A stretch of DNA of 51,284 nucleotides from Gemmatimonadota bacterium (GTDB taxonomy: Bacteria; Gemmatimonadota; Gemmatimonadetes; Gemmatimonadales; Gemmatimonadaceae), in NCBI GenBank assembly GCA_003223425.1, contig QHVA01000068.1, positions 1 through 51,284 of the forward strand, in the 5' to 3' direction. How positions within the stretch are numbered: the first letter of the stretch is position 1; every line of letters starts with the position of its first letter. The position numbers and the translations under genes were made by a program. The notes under the pieces are model-generated. The model was not told the DNA's origin and ran no database searches. It saw nothing but the letters and a program-made list of their open reading frames with translations. Shown piece by piece: positions 1-8,821 of the stretch.

Positions 1-131
1 CTCCTCTGCAGCCGCCGGATGGATACTGCGTCACACGGGACGAATATCCGGCGAAGCGAAGCGTATTCTCCGCGATCGCTAGCCTATGGTAGATGCTTTA
101 CAGATTGCCCTCGGGGGAGAGGATCAGTTCA

Positions 132-341
132 ATGGCACGCATCACTGGAACGGTCAAATGGTTCAACGACGCCAAGGGATTTGGCTTCATTTCGCGCGAG
201 GGAGGACCAGATGTCTTTGTGCATTTCAGCGCGATCAGCGGATCCGGATTCAAGTCTCTTGCCGAGGGTGATAAGGTCGAGTTCGAGGTCGTTCAGGGCC
301 AAAAAGGACCGCAGGCCGCTGATGTAACAAAGGTAAGTTGA
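132..341 (+). CDS. cspA: Cold-shock protein (CspA family), 69 aa
   Basis: [20 protein letters not shown]...VFVHFSAI with RNP1/RNP2 motifs. Start moved to ATG 132, which follows a purine-rich RBS (GGGGGAGAGG). Confidence 0.96.
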   Translation: MARITGTVKWFNDAKGFGFISREGGPDVFVHFSAISGSGFKSLAEGDKVEFEVVQGQKGPQAADVTKVS

Positions 342-350
342 CTCTCCATA

Positions 351-384
351 GCGAAAAGAGCCCCGCCCAGCGGGGCTCTTTTGC
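351..384 (+). terminator. Intrinsic terminator after cspA, probably bidirectional
   Basis: AAAAGAGCCCCGC-cca-GCGGGGCTCTTTT, a perfect 13-bp stem with A/T tracts, 10 bp after the stop. Confidence 0.92.
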
Positions 385-417
385 ATTTTCGGGCATCACA
401 AAATTGGTTCTCAACAC

Positions 418-434
418 TCGGCATTTGATTTGCT
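418..434 (+). promoter_or_regulatory. Putative sigma54 (-24/-12) promoter of ku-ligD
   Basis: TCGGCATTTGATTTGCT fits YTGGCACGNNNNTTGCW with exact GG-N10-GC spacing, about 50 bp upstream of the ku ATG. Confidence 0.6.
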
Positions 435-482
435 TTCATCCACATCGCTTGCTGCGCTCACTCGGAATTGGAGGGTTCACGG

Positions 483-1340
483 ATGGCTGCAATCTGGAAA
501 GGCTCGCTGACATTCGGACTCGTCAACATTCCGGTGGAACTCAAGACCGCTGTTCGTGCAGATCATATCAGTTTCCGGCTGCTCCACGAAGAGGACCTGT
601 CTCCGGTCAAGTACGAGCGTATCTGTCAGGCTGAAGGCGAGCCCGTTCCATGGAACGAGATCGTGAAGGGCTACGAATACGAGAAAGGAAAGTTTGTCGT
701 CCTCACTGACGAAGACTTCAAGACCGCCGCGCTGGAGCAGTCGAAGACAATCGACATCCTGGATTTCGTGAAGGAGGACGAGATCGATCCCCGCTACTTC
801 GAGACACCGTATTATCTCGTCCCCGGCAAAGGCGGCGACAAACCCTATGCATTGCTGCGCGAAGCGGTTCGCCAGACCGGATCTGTCGGCATCGGCAAGA
901 TCATCATTCGCCAGACACAGCATCTCGCGGCTGTGAAAGTCGTTGGCGATGCGCTCGTGCTCGAGATCATGCGATTTGCCAACGAGCTAGTCGACGCAAC
1001 TGAGTTCAACTTCCCGAGCCGCGAGGGCGTTCGACCACAGGAGTTGCAGATGGCGGAGCAGCTGGTCGAAAATCTGGCCGAACCATTCGACCCAACTCGC
1101 TACACCGACGAGTATCGGGCGAATCTGATGAGAATCATCAAGGCCAAGATGAAAGGCAAGAAGCCCAAGCTGGAAGGGCCGGAAGAAGAGGTTCCCGACA
1201 GCGGTGTGCTCGACCTCATGTCTCGCCTCCGTGCAAGCCTGGAAGAAGGTGCCGGAAAAAAGGGCGCGGTGCGCGCGAAGCGGAAATCGGTGGCAGCCGG
1301 CCGCAAACCTGCGAAGGCGAAGAAAGCAAAGACAGCTTAG
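483..1340 (+). CDS. ku: NHEJ DNA end-binding protein Ku
   Basis: MAAIWKGSLTFGLVNIPV, IVKGYEYEKGKFV, YFETPYYL and a basic Lys/Ala C-terminal tail. RBS GGAGGG at 470-475. Confidence 0.97.
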   Translation: MAAIWKGSLTFGLVNIPVELKTAVRADHISFRLLHEEDLSPVKYERICQAEGEPVPWNEIVKGYEYEKGKFVVLTDEDFKTAALEQSKTIDILDFVKEDEIDPRYFETPYYLVPGKGGDKPYALLREAVRQTGSVGIGKIIIRQTQHLAAVKVVGDALVLEIMRFANELVDATEFNFPSREGVRPQELQMAEQLVENLAEPFDPTRYTDEYRANLMRIIKAKMKGKKPKLEGPEEEVPDSGVLDLMSRLRASLEEGAGKKGAVRAKRKSVAAGRKPAKAKKAKTA

Positions 1341-1349
1341 GACGCCTGA

Positions 1350-4181
1350 ATGGCCGTCAAAACGAGTGGAAGCTCCAGGTCAGCGCGCGCGCAGCTCGCC
1401 GAGTATCGTCGGAAGCGTGATTTCGGGCGGACTGGCGAGCCATCTGGCGAAACGGCATCGACTGCCACGCGGCCAGGACGTTTGCGTTTCGTCATACAGA
1501 AGCACGCCGCGCGCAATCTCCACTTCGATTTGCGCCTGGAGCTTGACGGAGTGATGAAAAGCTGGGCCGTACCCAAAGGCCCGAGCCTGGATCCGTCGGT
1601 CAAGCGCCTCGCAATGCAGGTCGAGGATCACCCGATCGACTACAACACCTTCGAAGGTACGATTCCGCACGGAGAATACGGTGGCGGAACCGTCATGCTC
1701 TGGGATCGTGGTACGTACTCCGCGGATGCCGCCTCCTCTCCTAACGAGGAAGAAGACGTCATCCGCGAAGGTTTGAAACGCGGTGATCTCAAGATCACTT
1801 TCCACGGAGAGAGACTGCACGGATCCTTCGCGCTCGTTCGCATGAGATTCGCGCGCGATGATTCTTCGTCATCAAAGCCGCAGTGGCTGCTGATCAAGCA
1901 CCGCGACGAATTCGCGACTAAAGAGGACGTCGTCACCGAAAACATGACGTCCGTCGACTCCGGTCGTACTATGGACGAGATCACATCGGGAAAAGGTCGC
2001 GTCTGGAGAAGCAACCGTGAACCAAAGCGCAGCAAAACCTTCACTCCGCCCCGTTTGACCAGCAAACCGAGTGCAAAGAGCATTCGTGATAGCGCGTCCC
2101 GCGAGACAATGGTTTCGGTTTCACCAGCCAGGTTCGCCGCGGCCGCACTCGAGCCGATGTACGCTAGCATCGGAAGTGAGGTCCCCGGAAAAGGCTGGAC
2201 CTTCGAGCCGAAGTACGACGGCATACGCGTACTCGCATACGCAACAGAAAACGATGTCAAGCTCATGACCCGAAACGGGAAAGACAAGGCCCGTCAATTT
2301 CCCGAGATCGTCGCGTCTCTCAAAAAGCTCGCTGCGCAGACCAAACGTTCGCTGGTACTTGATGGAGAGATCGTAGCTCTCATCGACGGCGAGCCGGCTC
2401 GCTTCCAGGAGCTGCAAAGCCGTATGCACGTGAAGGAGTCGCACCTTATCGAGCGACACTCATCCTCCACACCGGCGGCGTTGATTCTCTTCGACATACT
2501 TATGGATGGCGACGAGGTTTTGTTGCATGAGCCGTGGTCGGAGCGTCGCGCTCGACTCCTCAAGCGCATTGGAAAACGCACTTCGAAGCAGTTGTGGGTC
2601 ACCGATTCCGTCGAAGGCGATGGGAAGAAGATGTTGGAGAAGGCTCGGCGCCAGGGTTGGGAAGGTGTCATCGCCAAGCGGATCGATTCGCCATACGAGC
2701 CAGGTAATAGATCGCGTAACTGGTTGAAGCTCAAAATCGAATTCCGTCAGGAGTTCGTGATCGGCGGATACACGGAGCCCCGTAACAGCCGCGAGCACAT
2801 TGGGGCGCTCCTGCTCGGCTATTTCGACAAAGACAGAGTCATTTACGTCGGACACACTGGCGGAGGCTTTACCCGGCAGGGCCTGGGGGAAATGTACCGG
2901 CGCTTGAAGCCCCTTGAGATAAAGAACTCACCGTTTGTAGAAACGCCGAAGACCAACGAGAAAGCGCACTGGGTCAAGCCAGAAGTTGTCGTTGAAGTCA
3001 AATTCAGCGAGTGGACAGCAGATCGGCGCCTTCGTCAACCGATCTTTCTCGGTGTTCGCGACGACAAGGATGCAACCGAGGTTGGATTAGAACCTACCAG
3101 CGTGCAGAAAAAATCGACCCGTAGCTCGATAGCAAAGCGACAGTCAAGGCTGAGCATAGCCGCGCGGGCTCGAACGCTTAACGCCTCTTCTCCAAAGATG
3201 CCACGACGTTCGACGTCCGGCCCTTCCAGATTGAAGGTCGACACCACGTCGCTGCTAGGTCAACTCGACGCTATTGAGAAGGCAGGAGGAGAAGGAACCC
3301 TCAACTTCGGCCCCGGCAGGACCCTGAAGGTTTCGAACCTCGACAAGGTCTTCTTTCCAAAGGAGAAGTACACCAAGGGAGACGTAATGCGCTACTACAC
3401 GCGCATTGCAAACTTCATCCTCCCGACGATTCAGGATCGACCGCTGGTCCTTAAGCGGTTCCCCAACGGGATCAACGGGGAGAGCTTCTACCAGCAGAAG
3501 GCTTCCGAAACCACTCCGCCAGAAGTCCGCGTCGAGCTGATAGAAACCGACGGTGGGGAGAAACAGCCGCGGATCATTGGCGGAGATCTGCTGACACTTC
3601 TATACACGATCCAGCTCGGCGCTATCTCAGTTGACCCCTGGCATTCGCGCATTCAATCGCTCGAATACGCTGACTATACGATCATTGATCTCGATCCTGG
3701 GCCGCGCGCTAATTTCGTACGGGTTATTCAGATTGCGCGCTGGGCAAAGGAAGTCATCGACGGTTTCGGCCTCAACGCGGCGATCAAGACTTCCGGTTCA
3801 AGCGGGTTACACATTTATCTACCGCTTCCGCCGCGAACCCCAAACGATGCGGCGACTCTAGTGGCTCAGATGATCGCGACAAAAGTGGCCGAGGCGCATC
3901 CGAAGGAGACGACAATCGAGCGTTTCGTCAAAGCTCGCGGTGCAGCAACGGTTTACGTTGATTACCTGCAGAATATCCAGGGAAAAACAGTTGCCGGTCC
4001 GTACTGCGTTCGCGCGAAACCCGGTGCGACAGTCTCTGCTCCGCTGAAGTGGAGCGAGCTCACCGACGATCTCGATCCGCGCGACTACCACCTCGGCAAC
4101 GCGGCTGAGCGCTTTGAGAAGATTGGAGATATCTGGAACGAAGCGATGGGAAAGAAGAATTCGCTTCGTGCACTCGTCTAA
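1350..4181 (+). CDS. ligD: DNA ligase D (phosphoesterase - ATP-dependent ligase - primase/polymerase domains)
   Basis: PE domain FVIQKHAARNLHFDLRLE/SWAVPKGPS; ligase motif I EPKYDGIR, EGVIAK, WLKLK; POL domain DLDP and KTSGSSGLHIY. Directly follows ku. Confidence 0.97.
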   Translation: MAVKTSGSSRSARAQLAEYRRKRDFGRTGEPSGETASTATRPGRLRFVIQKHAARNLHFDLRLELDGVMKSWAVPKGPSLDPSVKRLAMQVEDHPIDYNTFEGTIPHGEYGGGTVMLWDRGTYSADAASSPNEEEDVIREGLKRGDLKITFHGERLHGSFALVRMRFARDDSSSSKPQWLLIKHRDEFATKEDVVTENMTSVDSGRTMDEITSGKGRVWRSNREPKRSKTFTPPRLTSKPSAKSIRDSASRETMVSVSPARFAAAALEPMYASIGSEVPGKGWTFEPKYDGIRVLAYATENDVKLMTRNGKDKARQFPEIVASLKKLAAQTKRSLVLDGEIVALIDGEPARFQELQSRMHVKESHLIERHSSSTPAALILFDILMDGDEVLLHEPWSERRARLLKRIGKRTSKQLWVTDSVEGDGKKMLEKARRQGWEGVIAKRIDSPYEPGNRSRNWLKLKIEFRQEFVIGGYTEPRNSREHIGALLLGYFDKDRVIYVGHTGGGFTRQGLGEMYRRLKPLEIKNSPFVETPKTNEKAHWVKPEVVVEVKFSEWTADRRLRQPIFLGVRDDKDATEVGLEPTSVQKKSTRSSIAKRQSRLSIAARARTLNASSPKMPRRSTSGPSRLKVDTTSLLGQLDAIEKAGGEGTLNFGPGRTLKVSNLDKVFFPKEKYTKGDVMRYYTRIANFILPTIQDRPLVLKRFPNGINGESFYQQKASETTPPEVRVELIETDGGEKQPRIIGGDLLTLLYTIQLGAISVDPWHSRIQSLEYADYTIIDLDPGPRANFVRVIQIARWAKEVIDGFGLNAAIKTSGSSGLHIYLPLPPRTPNDAATLVAQMIATKVAEAHPKETTIERFVKARGAATVYVDYLQNIQGKTVAGPYCVRAKPGATVSAPLKWSELTDDLDPRDYHLGNAAERFEKIGDIWNEAMGKKNSLRALV

Positions 4182-4187
4182 AGTGCG

Positions 4188-4496
4188 TTAACGGCCGCCG
4201 TTTCCCACTTTGCGCAGTGGCAGCTCCATTTGGCTGCCTTCGCTCTCGCTGTGCTTCGACGCGTCGCCGAAGATCGGATCACTCGACTCGTCAACCATGT
4301 GAGTGAGCTTGTAATAAAAGTGGAGCGCGTGAATTGGGGCCATGAAGCTGCGGTTGCCGGCGCGAGATATCGCGACAGCTTCTTCACGTACCCGGCGGGG
4401 TAAATCGCGCGCCGCCGGAAGTGCAAGAAGCCGCTGTATCTCTGTACTGTCTCGTGCGAGCAAAGCTGCGCACAAACTATCCAGATAAGCCAGCAT
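4188..4496 (-). CDS. Hypothetical protein, 102 aa
   Basis: Fills the gap between ligD and the NrtR-like gene, has an ATG start and helical protein-like sequence. No family recognised. Confidence 0.7.
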   Translation of the reverse strand: MLAYLDSLCAALLARDSTEIQRLLALPAARDLPRRVREEAVAISRAGNRSFMAPIHALHFYYKLTHMVDESSDPIFGDASKHSESEGSQMELPLRKVGNGGR

Positions 4497-4612
4497 AGCT
4501 ATCGGGCCCCCGATGAAGGGTGTTTACCTTAGGTACACATTGCAACTAATACACCGCGACCGCAAGAGGTTCCTTGGAGGCTAACCGAGTTGATACCGGC
4601 GTGTTACAGCAC

Positions 4613-5284
4613 TTATGGGTAGAGAAAATCGAACCTCACACCCCGGTGGGCTCTACGCCTTTTCTTCGGCAAATAACGGAAAAGTTGCGCCGGCCGGCCC
4701 CTCCCCTCACTCCGCCATTCGTCTGTAGGTTCGACGAGCCAGGCGGCCTGGAGGGCACGTCGGAAGCTCGCCTTGTGCAAGCGTTTACCGAGCAGCAGCT
4801 CATACATTTGTTGTAGCTCGCTAAGCGTAAACGTCGCGGGGAGAAGCCTGAATGCGATCGGGGCCTGGTCGAGACGGCTTTGGATGGTCTGCGTAGCTCC
4901 CTCCACCATCGCGCGTTGCCGTGGAGAAAGGGCCGGCAAATCGGCGACCTGAAACCATGTGTATCCCGCCCGCAGCGTTGCCGTTTCATGTGGGACTAAC
5001 GCCAAATACGCCACTGACACATCGATCTCGCTCGGGTGCCTTTTGCCGTCGCCGAATGCTCCGATCTGTTCCGTCCAAGCCGGGGATTCGCCGAGCGCAT
5101 CGTGAGCGGCCCGGTTAGCGGCGGCGTCGAGCGCTTCGCCGCTTTGCGGAATTCGCCAGGGCACAGACCATCGCTCGCGCTCACTCGAGTTCCGCGCGAG
5201 CAGGATCGCGAGCTTGTCTCCCATCGCGGTCATCAGAACTAAATCGACGCTGTAGGAGGCACTCTTCGAGGATCGGTCGCGCAT
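4613..5284 (-). CDS. nrtR: NrtR-family regulator (degenerate NUDIX domain plus winged HTH)
   Basis: SVDLVL, EQIGAFGDGKRHP, VSVAYLAL; C-terminal LPATFTLSELQQMYELLLG...KASFRR...GRGRPAQLF is the typical NrtR wHTH. The NUDIX box lacks REUXEE. Confidence 0.9.
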   Translation of the reverse strand: MRDRSSKSASYSVDLVLMTAMGDKLAILLARNSSERERWSVPWRIPQSGEALDAAANRAAHDALGESPAWTEQIGAFGDGKRHPSEIDVSVAYLALVPHETATLRAGYTWFQVADLPALSPRQRAMVEGATQTIQSRLDQAPIAFRLLPATFTLSELQQMYELLLGKRLHKASFRRALQAAWLVEPTDEWRSEGRGRPAQLFRYLPKKRRRAHRGVRFDFLYP

Positions 5285-5296
5285 GGTGCATGCGAA

Positions 5297-5317
5297 TTAG
5301 TCACTTTCTGTGACTAA
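5297..5317. promoter_or_regulatory. 21-bp palindromic operator upstream of nrtR, probably autoregulatory
   Basis: TTAGTCAC-tttct-GTGACTAA, a perfect inverted repeat 12 bp upstream of the nrtR ATG, directly downstream of a minus-strand TTGACT (-35, 5323-5318). Confidence 0.75.
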
Positions 5318-5487
5318 AGTCAAGGCTGCGCCAACTGAATTTTTTTGGGAACTGACGTCGCGCTTCGTGGCGAGCGTCTCGGGGCGGGCGGTTAGTGATA
5401 TAACGAAATCAGGATCGCGTCGTCAACTGAAAAATTTGAGAAAGTTTTTTTTGGCGCATCAGCAATTCGACCGCAGGAATGACAGGC

Positions 5488-7281
5488 TCAACGCGCTTGC
5501 GCCGCTCTTTCCTCACCTCTGCCGCGGCTCACATACGGCGGCATGCTGATCGGTAAATGACCTGAGATCGCTGACGTTCCGACCAACGCTCGTGCCGCCG
5601 CCGTTTGAGAAACCGGAAAGCCTCCCCACGCAACGAGATACGCGCTCACCCACGGTACCTGTTGCAGAAGATACGGATTACCGAAAGCGACGACGATCGG
5701 TTTTCGGCCGCGCTGGACGAGGGTCTGCACGAAGTTCGTAAAAGCTTGCGGTGCACTCGCGGTGATCGCATCCCAGCTTTGCCCCACGTAGGAGCTTACG
5801 ATGGTCACATCTGCCGAATCAGCCGCTGTGATCAAGCGTGGATAGTTGAGAGCAGCGTCTTCGGTCGCGACGAATTCCGTGCGCAGTTTTGGCAGGCCTG
5901 TGCGCAACTCCGCATTGAAGGCGTTCCCTGCCGGAAGATCCGCTCGCCGTGCGAGCGTAATTGAGAGCACGCGCAGCGCAGTGTCTGAACCCAAAGGAAC
6001 CTGCCGCAGCGAATCCTTGACGAGTGTGATCGACTTCTCGGCAACACGTCGCGCGATCTGCGCGTTCGAGCTATCCCCGACAAGAAACCGTAACGCGGCG
6101 AGATCGACCAGCTTGTTCTGTGCGAGCCCAAGCCTGCGCTTGGTCTCGAGCACTCTGCGGACAGATGAATCCAGACGCGCTTCGGTATATCGACCTTCAG
6201 AGACTCCAGCGACGACGGCATCGATCGTCTGTGTTACGTCGAGCGGCTGAATCAGAACGTCGATTCCTGCCGAGATCGCGCGCTTCACCGCCTCGCTTGC
6301 ACCGAATTGATCTAGCACACCCCGCATGTCCATCGCGTCGGAGATTATGATCCCACGGAATCCCATTTCTCCACGAAGCAGCCCGGTTAAAACCTTCGGC
6401 GAGAGCGTTCCGGGAACATTCGAGGAATCAAGGGCCGGCATCGCTCCGTGAAACGACATGATGGCGCCAACCCCGCCGTTCACCGCCGCCCGGAATGGCA
6501 CGAGCTCCACCGTATCGAGCCTGCTTCTGCTCACAGTCACCACTGGCAGCGCCAAGTGTGAGTTGACGCCTGTATCGCCGTGACCCGGGAAATGCTTCCC
6601 TGTCGCGATCATGCCGTGATCCTGCAAGCCATGGATGAACGCGACGCCCATCCGTGCGGCGAGATCAGGATCCTCACCGTAGGAGCGTGTATTGATAACT
6701 GGGTTATCCGGATTGTTGTTGACGTCGAGAACCGGCGCGTACGCGATGTGAATCCCGAGCGCGCGCCCTTCGAGTGCGGTGAGACGTCCTTGCTCGTAAG
6801 CGAGAGTCGTATCTCGCGTTGCACCGACCGCCATCTCTGGCGGGAATACAATCGCCCCACCAAGGTCGATCGCGTTGGGAACGAAGTAGCCGCCTCGCGC
6901 GCGGAATCCCGCTCCGGCCTCGAGATCCGCTCCGAACAGAAGCGGAACCTTGCTCATCGATTGCAGTGCGTTCAGTTTCGCGGCCACTTCTGTCGGTGAT
7001 CCCACCGATATCGTGAAGCCGCCGACTTTTTCCTGCTGGATGTATTCCGTCAGCCGTCGCCATTGTGGCGAATCACCCGACGCATAATCGCCAAGCACGC
7101 TTGGCCACACGATTTGCGCGGCTTTCTCGCGCAGCGTCATCGAAGCGAGGACAGAATCGGTCCAGCGCGATGAAACGGTCCTGGTTTGTCGCGACTTGCC
7201 AGTCGTCGGAGTTATCGTCGTGCAGCTTGCCGCAACCAGAGCGAGCGTTAAGGCCGGCAATACCGTCGACTTCCGCATCAT
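5488..7281 (-). CDS. Glycoside hydrolase family 3 beta-N-acetylglucosaminidase (NagZ-like lipoprotein with C-terminal domain)
   Basis: KHFPGHGDTGVNSH motif, APVLDVNNNPDNPVINTRSYG, nucleophile region IISDAMDM, lipobox-like LVAASC. Confidence 0.92.
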   Translation of the reverse strand: MMRKSTVLPALTLALVAASCTTITPTTGKSRQTRTVSSRWTDSVLASMTLREKAAQIVWPSVLGDYASGDSPQWRRLTEYIQQEKVGGFTISVGSPTEVAAKLNALQSMSKVPLLFGADLEAGAGFRARGGYFVPNAIDLGGAIVFPPEMAVGATRDTTLAYEQGRLTALEGRALGIHIAYAPVLDVNNNPDNPVINTRSYGEDPDLAARMGVAFIHGLQDHGMIATGKHFPGHGDTGVNSHLALPVVTVSRSRLDTVELVPFRAAVNGGVGAIMSFHGAMPALDSSNVPGTLSPKVLTGLLRGEMGFRGIIISDAMDMRGVLDQFGASEAVKRAISAGIDVLIQPLDVTQTIDAVVAGVSEGRYTEARLDSSVRRVLETKRRLGLAQNKLVDLAALRFLVGDSSNAQIARRVAEKSITLVKDSLRQVPLGSDTALRVLSITLARRADLPAGNAFNAELRTGLPKLRTEFVATEDAALNYPRLITAADSADVTIVSSYVGQSWDAITASAPQAFTNFVQTLVQRGRKPIVVAFGNPYLLQQVPWVSAYLVAWGGFPVSQTAAARALVGTSAISGHLPISMPPYVSRGRGEERAAQAR

Positions 7282-7562
7282 CAGTGGCTAATCGTGCCCT
7301 TCTTGCTGGTATCGATGTCTGATGTAGCGCCGGTCTTGAAGAGAAATGCCGTCATATTCTTGGTCAGAAAGGACCGCGCCTGTGGATCCATGACGTTTAG
7401 ACCATAGTGATTGATCAACATCGTCTGTTGCTTGATCCAGTCGGCCCAGCATTGCGTGCAAATCTCTTCGACGACTCGCGCTCCGATGGAACCCGGAAAG
7501 GGAGGCTTCACAAATCCTGCGCGCGTCTGTCCGCAACGCACGCAGGTTACAGTCTCAGGCAC
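7281..7562 (-). CDS. yggX: YggX-like Fe(II)-trafficking / oxidative damage protection protein
   Basis: PPFPGSIGARV...W..W...QTMLINHYGLNVMDPQARSFL is the YggX signature. GTG start; stop overlaps the GH3 start. Confidence 0.88.
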   Translation of the reverse strand: MPETVTCVRCGQTRAGFVKPPFPGSIGARVVEEICTQCWADWIKQQTMLINHYGLNVMDPQARSFLTKNMTAFLFKTGATSDIDTSKKGTISH

Positions 7563-7570
7563 GCGAGGCC

Positions 7571-8320
7571 CTACCTGCGCGCGTAGGAGATTTCAGCCAG
7601 GCCGAAAACTGAGAGCAGTCGGAGGTAGACCCAGCCGATATCGAACTCATACCACTTGGCCTTGAACTTCGCAGAGTGCGGATCGGCGTGGTGATTGTTG
7701 TGCAGCTCCTCTCCGCCGAGCCAGATGGCAATTGGTGAGATGTTTCGGCTCTCGTCTTTCACGTTGAAGTTCCGATAGCCCACGGCGTGCCCGACGCCAT
7801 TAATGATTCCGGCCGCCCAGAACGGAATCCAGATCATCTGTATGCCCCAGACCAACGGTCCCACAAAGAAGCCGAACAGATAGATGTCGACTCCGAGCAT
7901 GACGATGATGCCAAGCCAGTTGAGTGGAGATAGGAGGTGTCGCTCGAGCCAGTCGTTGGGAGTACCCTTTCCGTACTTGTCGAGCACACCTGGCTGGCGG
8001 ACCGCTTTTCTATAGTAGAAGGCGCCCTTGAGAACGATGTTGCGAAGTCCTTCCATCAGTGGGCTGTGTGGATCACCCTCGCGGTCGGCGAACGCGTGAT
8101 GCTTCCGATGACAGGCGACCCATTCCTTTGTCACGATAGCGGTCGAAAGCCACAACCATATCCGCATCGGAAGGGCGGCGAGATAGTGCAGCTTCACTCC
8201 GCGGTGCGTCTGGGCACGGTGCAAGAACAGTGTGACGGACACGTTGGTGAGGTGTCCGGCTACAATCACAAACACAATCGGCTTCCACCACGCCGTTGCC
8301 CAACTTCCAAAATCCGGCAT
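7571..8320 (-). CDS. Membrane delta-9-type fatty acid desaturase
   Basis: Three His boxes (HRAQTH, HRKHH, HNNHH) and WYEFDIGW. Start moved to ATG 8320, which has a GGAG RBS. Confidence 0.93.
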   Translation of the reverse strand: MPDFGSWATAWWKPIVFVIVAGHLTNVSVTLFLHRAQTHRGVKLHYLAALPMRIWLWLSTAIVTKEWVACHRKHHAFADREGDPHSPLMEGLRNIVLKGAFYYRKAVRQPGVLDKYGKGTPNDWLERHLLSPLNWLGIIVMLGVDIYLFGFFVGPLVWGIQMIWIPFWAAGIINGVGHAVGYRNFNVKDESRNISPIAIWLGGEELHNNHHADPHSAKFKAKWYEFDIGWVYLRLLSVFGLAEISYARR

Positions 8321-8395
8321 TACTTGCTCCGTTATCTGAGTCTCGAGGTACGCTTCCAATCTACCCGAACAGTACCCCTAATCCAAACGACCACA

Positions 8396-8734
8396 TCATC
8401 GTCTCGTAACTGGTCCCGCAGGGTTTGCCCGCGGTGGAGCCCCCCACGTGTCATTAGATGAATTCCAGTCAGGCACTGAGGGATCGGGCCACAGACGCAC
8501 GCCGGTGATGTTCGCACGCACCGGAACGACAGCATCAAAGTGATTTCCGTGCGCCCAGATATTTACTGGCAGTGAAAAGTCCTGGGTCGTGCTGTCCGCG
8601 TAGCCAACACGCAGCCGCACCGGGAACGGAACGGATGTGAAGCGGTGGAGCGAGATCGTTGCGAGTTTCTGGCCTTCCGAAGACCGTGTCACGACGCTGT
8701 CGATCCCAATGTCCAGAACATTCCTGGTATAGAA
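8396..8734 (-). pseudogene. 5'-truncated remnant resembling the C-terminal beta domain of an M1-family aminopeptidase
   Basis: FYTRNVLDIGIDSV...PFPVRLRVGYADSTTQDFSLPVNIW...LWPDPSVPDWNSSNDTW resembles bacterial M1 peptidase C-termini. No credible start, no HEXXH core, and the upstream frame runs into the divergent gene. Confidence 0.6.
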
Positions 8735-8785
8735 GGCGCGCTCTTCAGCTAAGCAACGTAAGGGCCAACGCACCTTACGCCGACC

Positions 8786-8814
8786 TTGCAATACCCGGTT
8801 GTTGCCGGTAGCCT
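8786..8814 (+). promoter_or_regulatory. sigma70 promoter for a leaderless aldo/keto reductase mRNA
   Basis: TTGCAA-17 bp-TAGCCT, then 7 nt to ATG 8822, with no SD sequence. Confidence 0.65.
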
Positions 8815-8821
8815 CTCCGCA

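Noticed and set aside
1-131. Known riboswitch in the cspA leader
   Set aside because: A stem is present but I could not match the conserved core of any riboswitch I know.
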